NCBI GenBank assembly: GCA_000934665.2
Contig: JYFJ02000011.1
Coordinates: forward strand, 186,001-217,368
Length of the DNA stretch: 31,368 nucleotides
Direction of reading: 5' to 3'
Source of the DNA: Catajapyx aquilonaris
Taxonomy: Eukaryota
Under the pieces are notes generated by a model that saw only the letters and a list, made by a program, of their open reading frames with translations, did no database searches and was not told the DNA's origin. Made by a program: the position numbers and the translations under genes. Below are positions 23,501-31,368 of this stretch, in pieces; position 1 is the stretch's first letter, and every line of letters starts with the position of its first letter.

Positions 23501-26416
23501 GGTGATAAAATCGTGGGCGTTGGCCTGCTTGGCTGCCAATTCCATGTCCGTGCGATTAATGTCAGGTTTTCCAAAGCAGATGTTCTTGCCAATGGTGGTT
23601 GCAAACAACACTGGTTCTTGCCCCACCAGTCCCAAGTGAGATCGCAACCACCGGATGTTCAACTCTTTGATGTCAATTCCGTCCACCTTAATCTGGAGTA
23701 AGGTTCAAATTAAGTAATGGCGGGCATATCGTAAAAATTGGGCTTACCATGCCCTGTGTTGGATCATAAAACCGTTGAAGTAGCTGCAGTACTGTAGATT
23801 TACCGCAACCGGAGTTTCCTACTAGTGCAACAGTTTCTCCAGGATTCACTGTCAGATTAAATCCCTCTAAAATCTGGTTTGCAAAAATTAGAGATAAAAT
23901 GTGTCATTATTACGAATTCATTTGGTGCGCTTTGCTAAGATCAGAATGTCCCAATGTCGCTTACTTTGACATCCGGACGTGACGGATAGTTGAAATAGAC
24001 ATCGCAAAACTCTATGACACCATGAAACTTGTCCGGAGTCAGACCAGAACGAGACTCACTGTCGATTGGCGGAACACGCTCCAGGACATCGTAAATTTTA
24101 CCTGCCGCTCCTTTAGCAGCACCAAACGCTTCAAAATATGTCGATGACATACCAATCGACATAGAACCAAGCATCAAGCAGAAAAATATCTGAAGAATTA
24201 ACAGGTCAGGTCAAATGTCAATATGAACATTTCTAGTTTCCAACTCACGATGGTAAGACTGGCCACTTGGTAGTTTTCTGGCTCTTCCAATATGAGAGTA
24301 ATTCCGTACCAGAATGCCAGAGAATAAGAGGCGTAGATCATGAACCATGATAGCCCTGCACCTATTCCTGCAATCATTGCCTTTCGAGCCACCGCCTTCT
24401 CAGCAAGGGTCAAACTTGTCTTGTACCTTCAATTGAAACAGATGTCAAATGTCTGCTGGAAACATCCTCGTTGGTGTGCTGACCTGTCCATCTCCTTTTT
24501 TTGTCCACCGAAGGCAGCCACTGTCCTGACCGAACCCAGAACCTCCTCTGCAACACTTCCTGCCACAGAGTATGCCTGCAGCTCTTTCTCTGTGAATGTG
24601 GTCTGGACCTTGGCCACTAGTCCTCCGGCTATTCCCATAATGGGCATCACGCTCAGGATGACCAAAGTCAACTTCCATCCGTAGTAGAAAGCGACTCCCA
24701 GACATATGAAGAAGTTGGACACTGACATGATGCAGATGGGAACCTTGTCACCAATTCCTTCCTGGAGTTTGTTCAGATCTCTGAAATCAGTGAAACCATT
24801 ATGTGAGGAGTAAGTACAATTAAGTGTAATAATCATAAATAAAATTAGGCATATTATATTTTAAAAGGACTTACTCAGCTACCCGACTGCAGAAATCGTT
24901 GGTGGCGTGTGTGTCGTACCAACCGACATCTTGTCTCAACATGGCTTTCAGAAATGAATTTCTGATCCGAAATATCTGAGTAAGTGCAAATTCATTAGTA
25001 TCATGCACAATTGCGTTCCTTAATTAGCGACTGACCTGCTTCTCGGCTGTGTAAGTGTAGGTCACCACAAATATGTAGTCGAATACGACTTGGATTAATG
25101 CGAGGCCGGACATTGATATTGCAAATGTGTTTGCAGCGTCAATGAATTTGTCGCTTATTCCAGCTGAGCTGCCATTCACACTAAAAAGTAATAAAATATG
25201 TAAAAGTGCTAACCGCATGAAAATGTAAGCACTCACGCTAATTGCCCGCCGTAAATCACAAATTCCTGTGTGATTTCACCGAACAAGATGATTATAGCAG
25301 GAAAGGCAAATCCCATCACGAATCCAGATATTGCTCCAAAAACCAGCAGTATTTTTTCACAAGCAGTAGAGTACCGAAACTGTAGTGACAGAAAAAAATT
25401 CATCGAGCACTCTCAACAGCAGGCAACTACAAAATAAGTATAACGAAACATTTCGCTTACCAGCTGAAAAAATGGTACTGGCGGTGGACCTTCGTTTTCT
25501 TTGGCATTGTCTGTTCTGTCGGTTCCGTTTCCTGAGTCGTCTTTTCCATTTGTCCATTTGGAAACCTCTACTACGCTGCTACTTCTTTTCTTTCCTGACG
25601 ATTCCTCGTCGCTGGAAGGGCTGAAACTATATGCCGAAAATGTTAATCAGTATACATCTCATCAGATGAAAATGTGCAAAAAGTGTAATTATTTCTATAA
25701 ATAAAAAGGTGACCATTTGACACTTATTGGTTCCTATAAGGTCAAATTTTAGGACATAGATAACCTGATTACATGTGGGTGAGACCATAGATTGGTGAGG
25801 CCAGTGACGTTTCTCACAGGCGCCAGCTAATTACAGAACAAGGGTGCGAAAGTCTGGCCACTCATTGACGTCACAGAACGTTCGCTTATTTTCATGCTTA
25901 TTAGCTTTATCTTCAAGGACAGCCAATAACAGCAGGGGATATAATTACATAACTGGAAAATGTCGGGCATTCTTTTTGTTCGCGTAAGGTAGGATTGCGC
26001 GGTATTTTGATTGATATGATTTTTTTATCAAGATAATGACGAAATTGTCCGAAAGTCTGAGGACTCTTACGTGCCGATTTCGTCATTATTTTGTTGACTT
26101 TATGACTCCACACTGTTCGTAGTACAAGTATGGTATTACATGTTGTGTCATTCAAAGGAGCGTAACTGTACGATCCACCAATGTATGACCAATGATAATA
26201 AAAAATGTTTTGTCCAGAGATTGAAATGAACGGGGAGGCAAAATTCCTCACGAATATTTTCGTTAAATGCGGTATGTGTATACATACAGTGTGGATGACA
26301 TAGCATATAAATGTATCATTTATTTTAGAGTAATTAGGAAGTTATGACTGATTGCAGATTCGCAAAGTTCGCCGGACAAAGTGAATGCATCCTCATCCTC
26401 CTCATCATCATCATCA

Positions 26417-26454
<38 letters not shown>

Positions 26455-26850
26455 GCGACGGGAGCCACAAACGAGCACTCTGACTAGGTCAAGTATGTAA
26501 CAAGATGTACAGTACTGTACCTGCCGAGATTACGCATTAGTTGGAGACAAGGATAACGTTTTCATGAGTTGCGCGGTCTAACGTCACAATCAAGGACGCT
26601 ACGTTTCATACTGTCAGACGTCAACCTCATTCTGATTATCGTTTTGCTTATGTGGACTAATCAATGAGTAATTAGTGGAAATAATAGACCTCATTGCATC
26701 AGGTAAATCTGCGGTTGGGGTGTCTGAAACATTTGAATAGCAGAATAGCTCAATTCTGATAAAATGTCTATGTGGAACAGGATTCCTACATGTGGAAAAA
26801 AAAATTCATTGAAAATAACAGTACCTTCCCCTCCCGAACCAGTTCTTCAT
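20558..26850 (-). CDS. ABCB1: ABCB1/P-glycoprotein-like full ABC transporter, tandem copy C (18 shared exons plus an upstream start exon, ~1280-1283 aa)
   Basis: Motifs [23 protein letters not shown] twice, DEATSALD twice. Exons: 25620-25461, 25379-25237, 25180-25036, 24975-24875, 24780-24484, 24426-24249, 24189-23965, 23873-23748, 23692-23489, 23431-22955, 22898-22752, 22672-22568, 22489-22328, 22260-21815, 21755-21401, 21341-21135, 20968-20822, 20758-20558. Exon 25620-25461 has no in-frame ATG, so the start lies upstream (ATG at 26850, 26955 or 26537). The 5' end is less certain than the body. Confidence 0.93.
25866..25873. promoter_or_regulatory. CRE/ATF consensus site (TGACGTCA) in first intron of copy C
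   Basis: Perfect palindrome with the same TTGACGTCAC 10-mer as at 18793-18802. Half sites nearby (TGACG ~25805, ACGTCA ~26581 and ~26618). Confidence 0.3.
26388..26454. repeat. Compound microsatellite (CAT/CCT)n-(TAT)n
   Basis: Read directly from the sequence. It lies in the first intron of copy C. Confidence 0.9.
26521..26537 (-). CDS. Candidate proximal first coding mini-exon of copy C (MRNLG-S)
   Basis: ATG CGT AAT CTC GGC AG|GTACAG, phase 2, joins in frame to 25620 giving MRNLGSPSSDEE. An in-frame TGA lies upstream. Confidence 0.5.
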
Positions 26851-26955
26851 CCTGCTGCTGGCTCTTCTTTCTTTTATCACTGCACCAGCACCACCAGCAA
26901 CAGCACCACCTTTCTTGGGCAGCCTCACGAGCTCGACTGATCCTCGGCCACTCAT
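26825..26955 (-). CDS. Candidate distal first exon of copy C (MKNWFGRG-S from ATG 26850, or a 43-codon form MSGRGSVELV... from ATG 26955)
   Basis: GC-rich stretch, open in the needed frame, ending AAG|GTACTG in phase 2. This matches the phase-2 acceptor tttcag|C at 25620. TATATA lies at 26977-26982. Confidence 0.6.
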
Positions 26956-26976
26956 TATCTCACCCTTCTGCGTCTC

Positions 26977-26982
26977 TATATA
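26977..26982 (-). promoter_or_regulatory. Putative TATA box of copy C distal promoter
   Basis: ggTATATAgag on the minus strand, ~30 nt upstream of an Inr-like TGAGT (A at 26952). A TCAGT motif lies at 26936-26940. Confidence 0.45.
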
Positions 26983-27950
26983 CCTTGGCCCCTATCTTTA
27001 CCTTATCTCACTTTTCGATGACACCCACCTGTTTCAGTATATGGTGAAAGAGAAAGATACCATACAAAGCGAATTAAAAAGTCAAATGATTCAAATTCTA
27101 TAAATAGTCAATAGAACTGGATGCCCAAAAATGGTCAAATAAATAGTAATCGTTCCTTACATAGCAGATGGTTTTCCTTTCCTAAGAAAGTGACCTCATG
27201 TGTATTTCATAATGTGGCGTTACAGTACAAAATTAATGAAATAATTACTGCTGTTCAAGGGCTTCGTATTCCCTAACAAATAAGATGAAGGTATAACGTC
27301 TACTTGCGAAGTAGGCGTAACTGGTTACGAGTCTATATGTATGCATAAAATATTCATGACTCTCTTTGTTCATGGTAAACATTGTTTTCGCTGCCAGGAA
27401 GTTAATCCGTCCTGAACTGTGCCTATATACCACAGGCATAATATTTTTTCATCACTTACATATTATACGATAAGCTGTCCTCTCCTCAGCAACAAGATAG
27501 GGCATAAACCTGGGACATACTTATGTAAGGACAAATAATATAACTGTGTGGTTGAACGGGGAGAGAGACGACTGATTAGATATTCGCACTGTAACACTGT
27601 GTGTACTGTACAAGGTATGGGCAGAGAACAAGGATCTGCAAAGACAGTAGTTATTACACAGTCTAAAATTTGGCATCAGATTTACAAAAATAACCAGACA
27701 TTATCTCATATTTGCAACTCAGGTCTCAATACATGCAAAATGATCTAACATGTCCAGTTTGGTCCCAAACATATTGTAGTTTCAACAAAAACAGCAATGT
27801 GATTTGCCGATGGCCTTCCCAAGGCCACCACATTCACTGATAATAATCATGCTATACAGCAGGTCAAGGTAAGGGGTCATCCGCCACAACAATCTCTTCA
27901 CAAACAGATTAGTTACGATCTGTGTCCGATGCAGTGCTGGCTGGGATCTC

Positions 27951-28006
27951 ACTACTACTATACTACTATTACTACCACCGTAATACTACTATTACTACCA
28001 CCGTAA

Positions 28007-28053
<47 letters not shown>

Positions 28054-28074
28054 AATAATAATAATAATAATAAT
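27951..28074. repeat. Compound microsatellite (CTA)n-(AAT)n with an internal 24-nt tandem duplication (tactactattactaccaccgtaa[ta])
   Basis: Read directly from the sequence. Confidence 0.9.
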
Positions 28075-28262
28075 GACCGTTTTCTGGCTCTCAGCGTGAT
28101 TGATTGTTTCCCTGATCTCTGTGCATGGCTCGTCAACAATGAGAACTTCTGGGACTCCTTCGAGACTCTTCCTGATGGAGAATGAACGTTCGGATAAACG
28201 GGATAGGTCGTCACACGTGTTTTGTCACATCCGCCGGTAAGAGGAGGTCAGTGTGGTGAAAA

Positions 28263-28272
28263 ACCGGAAGTG
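28263..28272 (+). promoter_or_regulatory. ETS-family consensus ACCGGAAGTG in a CpG-rich patch, possible promoter of a divergent plus-strand transcript
   Basis: Perfect ETS motif, an E2F-like CCGCGAAA at ~28284, and a downstream donor GTGAGT at 28360. Confidence 0.35.
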
Positions 28273-28325
28273 CACCAGTCCCACCGCGAAACATATCGCT
28301 TTTTTTGCGTAATATTTTTTTCCAG

Positions 28326-30625
28326 GAATTTAGCAACTTTTGCGGCGAGGATGTGATTAGTGAGTTTTTTTTTATAAATGTGGCAGTAGGAAACTTTCAA
28401 CGAGAGTTTGTCATAATTTGCTTGTATAGCTAGATCTCAATAAATGGTTTCACCTTGGTTTCACCTATTGCTGCAATTATGTGCTGTAGTACCCACCACT
28501 GCACTGATTTCATGAATTTTCGATATCATGTAATGTATCAAAATATATTTTTCGATATGATGAACATGAATCATTAAATATGACACAATTATACTTACAA
28601 ATAAAAAAATATCAGTGATACTTTTTATTTGCAAATATCATAGTGGCATAGTGCAATGAATAAACATAGCTAATATGCTAATAATGGATGAGGGAGGGTC
28701 CATCATATGTTTTTTGTGGCATTATGTAAAACTACAGTTTTAAAACACTTTTTATTCACTAAAGCAGACAAATTTTTACAATCCCCCTCTAGTTTTCTTT
28801 GTGAATGGTGTGAGGAATTTATACCGAAAATATATATTTTTGGCAATCATAATGATCAACTGTTAATGACCTAATCTACCAATGGCACAGGAACTGAGTA
28901 GTGATTCGACAATGTTTAGTTATCGCAGGCCCAAACACAGACTGCTGCTGTAATCTCAAAGATTGCCTGTGGAAACAGACCTTATTAGTCTGAGACTTCA
29001 CTACCTTTTTTGGCCATAGATGCACCTGCACAATTTTATTTGGCACATACAGTAGTTAGGTCATGCTCATGACACAGGCCAAAAGAGTATACTGAATTTC
29101 TGCATCGTAACTGCTGTGTCGAGCAAGCTACTTATATTCAAGTATAGTTGAGTCGCACAATTATTATGTTTAGCTGCAATTGACTGAACCACCCATACCA
29201 TTTTAAATTGAAAGTAAGCGTCAATAACAGCAATTACTGTGCATGATGAGAAAAGTGCGACATGGCCCAATTGATTGCTGCAAAGAGTGAAATCTTCCCA
29301 CATCTCCTCTATGCCAGTCATAGCCAGTACAGTACCGGTACTGTACACTTCAAAAGGCTTTTTTGTCCAAGGTCATATTCACACGAATCAAACCCAAATT
29401 TATGTTGGCACTATTGGGCCACGGATCACACGTCCTGAGGGTGCAAATCGGCCAATGGCGACCATTCCTAGTCTCGACCTGATGGAAGGAGGGGAGTGTG
29501 CAGCACATTGTGGAGGTACAACTGATGGCGTGGCAAGGACAGCTAGTCGACGTACCGGTATGTCATAATAGGACTAACACACATTTTCATGAGGTTAATT
29601 AAGTAGGCTTATACATGAGAAGTACATTAATTGCACTAGAATGTGTGCTAATGGGGGACCGTCAAATTGGGGGGGAATTAAAATGCGGAATGATAATGTC
29701 CCTATTAAATAATGCATTTTATTATGCAGGATGGGTTTGTGGTGCACTGCTGGGATACAACTAAGCACCATCGTTGACACCAAGAACGTACGCCACTGCA
29801 GTCACGTTGGTCGCAAGGCACCCTGGACAAGGATGAGGCTCAATGACCTTGGATGTAACTGCAATTAGCGGTGAGTTGCGGCGGCATATATACATCCAGT
29901 GAAAAGTGCTAAAAAATCCGGGTTGGGTAACCGACTTTAATTTTGAAAAATGTCCGCCATTTTGGAAATTCCTAAAAATTGCGTTTACATGGGAACTGTT
30001 AGGCCATAAAATGATGCTGCTTCCGCTATTTTGGTTTAGGCCTAAATGCTTTCTCAAACTAAAACTAAATATTTTAATTTTATTTATATATAAATGGGAC
30101 CAAAATACATTATACAAGGTCTATATAATCTATACATGCCTCATTATTTGGAGTTAGCTCAAGAAGTGTCACTTCTTTCTGACCAAGCTTGCCGTATCAT
30201 GCATGATATGTGAACTTGGAGCATACCAAACTGTTTGTCATGTCTTTACATGGTTGCTAGGTGTTCAGGTCAAAAATGACACAAATGTGTGTCGTCACGT
30301 TTTTCCACCACACCCCTCAATTCTGCATTATTATTTGACTGCCCATTATTATTATTGGCTCACATTGCCGTCAAATTGAGGTGTTTTCCATTCACTTAAA
30401 TTCGTGGGAATGTTGCAAAATTTGCAGATTAATTTCACTGCGAAACGGATGGGGGGGACACCCACTTGCATGTCCTGCAGTGACCTTATTCCAAATCTTT
30501 TAACTCTTCTACAGGAGCTGTCCTCACTGTGGCCTTCTGCCTAGCCGACTGTTGAACTGCGTATTTCATACATCAGATCCTCCAACCTTGACTGCCCTTC
30601 ACCTAGTCTGGAGAGAAATTACATG
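28326..30625 (+). ncRNA. Putative spliced lncRNA, or 5' UTR exons of a neighbouring gene
   Basis: GC-richer blocks bounded by consensus splice sites: 28326-28359, 29372-29557, 29730-29870, 30515-30625. No long ORF results when they are joined. Confidence 0.3.
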
Positions 30626-31368
30626 GTGAGCATTCCAGTTGTAACTTCCTTCTGCATTGCAGGAGCCCTATAGTTATATTCCAAGTGCCAGACATTATCT
30701 ATGCATTATGTTATTTTGGACTGGAGCCAGAAAATAACTCTCATTATGAGCTTGATTAGTTCCTCAAAAGTGAATTTTTCTTTTGCATGCCATTGGAGTA
30801 ATATTACTATAGTCTGCAATAAGTCGAGTGGAAATTTTCCTGAATCTTTTACATTCAGTTATCTCCATGGAATATGCTTGAATTTTTTGAAGTAGGGTCA
30901 CATATTTACTGTTCCAAATTCAGCTGATTAATAGTTGACAATGTCAGTACAGTGTTGTTAGCTGCCATGATCAGTTAAGAGGATTTTCATGGATACAAGT
31001 TAAATGTTGTGATGCCATTACTACTGTATTCTAAGTTTCTAAGGCTGATTGGGGAGATTTCAAGATTGCATGTGATGCTAAGTCATGATGAGCAACTATC
31101 ACATGTAGTGCCATTTTGGCTTCAGAATATGCCAGTTTGCACGATTTCTTTCGCAAACAATAACATATCTGTAATACTCTGCCCTCATGTAATTTGTAGC
31201 ATGTAATTTAGCATTCCATGCTCCCAGTTAATATATTATTTTCAAGCCACACTACAGCAGAAATTTGAATCGATAGTCGTCTCCCGCCCCAACAAGGCTC
31301 CTCCCCTCTCCTAGGATGCCCTAGGGCGACGACTCCCATACCAACTTAAGCGGCAGCGCAGAGCAAGG

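Noticed and set aside
3594..25620. Fragmented ORFs suggesting pseudogenes, programmed frameshifts or an alternative genetic code
   Set aside because: Every break is explained by a spliceosomal intron at the same position in all three copies, and exon lengths keep frame.
26071..26086. Third possible first exon for copy C (ATG ACG AAA TCG GCA C|GTAAGA)
   Set aside because: Strong donor but phase 1, so it is out of frame with the 25620 acceptor and would give only a short uORF. Not supported as coding.
27154..27531. Inverted 10-mer tccttacata / tatgtaagga as transposon terminal repeats
   Set aside because: Only 10 bp, no target-site duplication and no second full copy in the window, so chance cannot be excluded.
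27922..28214. Poly-L/N/Y and poly-S ORFs on both strands, plus a minus-strand frame reading SERSFSIRKSLEGVPEVLIVDEP
   Set aside because: The ORFs are kept open by the microsatellite. The minus-strand frame starts ATG-TGA and has only a weak donor.
1..31368. CRISPR array, tRNA, rRNA, transposase or reverse transcriptase
   Set aside because: None seen. The sequence is eukaryotic with no regular repeat-spacer pattern and no such coding motifs in the ORF track.

Overview
Eukaryotic genomic DNA, most likely arthropod (inferred from ~55-70 nt introns, AT-rich spacers, trinucleotide microsatellites and an Mdr49-like TM12). The window holds a tandem array of three apparently intact full-length ABCB1/P-glycoprotein (MDR) transporter genes, all on the minus strand: copy A 9722..3594, copy B 18283..12954 and copy C ~26850/26537..20558. 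I traced every exon by hand. The three copies share 17 intron positions and phases, and all exon lengths keep frame, giving proteins of about 1322, 1279 and 1280-1283 aa. The ORF-track entries over these genes are exon fragments or antisense shadows. Points of note: (1) a near-identical B/C gene-conversion tract that includes an intron, plus a patch where C matches A instead; (2) copy C has no ATG in its exon 1 and two candidate upstream coding mini-exons (MKNWFGRG-S and MRNLG-S); (3) a GC-AG intron in B; (4) three AAG acceptors with a shared upstream motif only in C; (5) an intron in A made almost entirely of microsatellite; (6) loss of the TM7 proline in A; (7) a small family of fold-back/MITE-like elements downstream of A; (8) a chain of plus-strand splice signals upstream of C suggesting a divergent spliced, largely non-coding transcript. 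I see no evidence of a wholly new gene system. The best candidate is an evolving xenobiotic-efflux gene cluster with homogenised nucleotide-binding domains (NBDs) and diverging drug pockets and N-termini.
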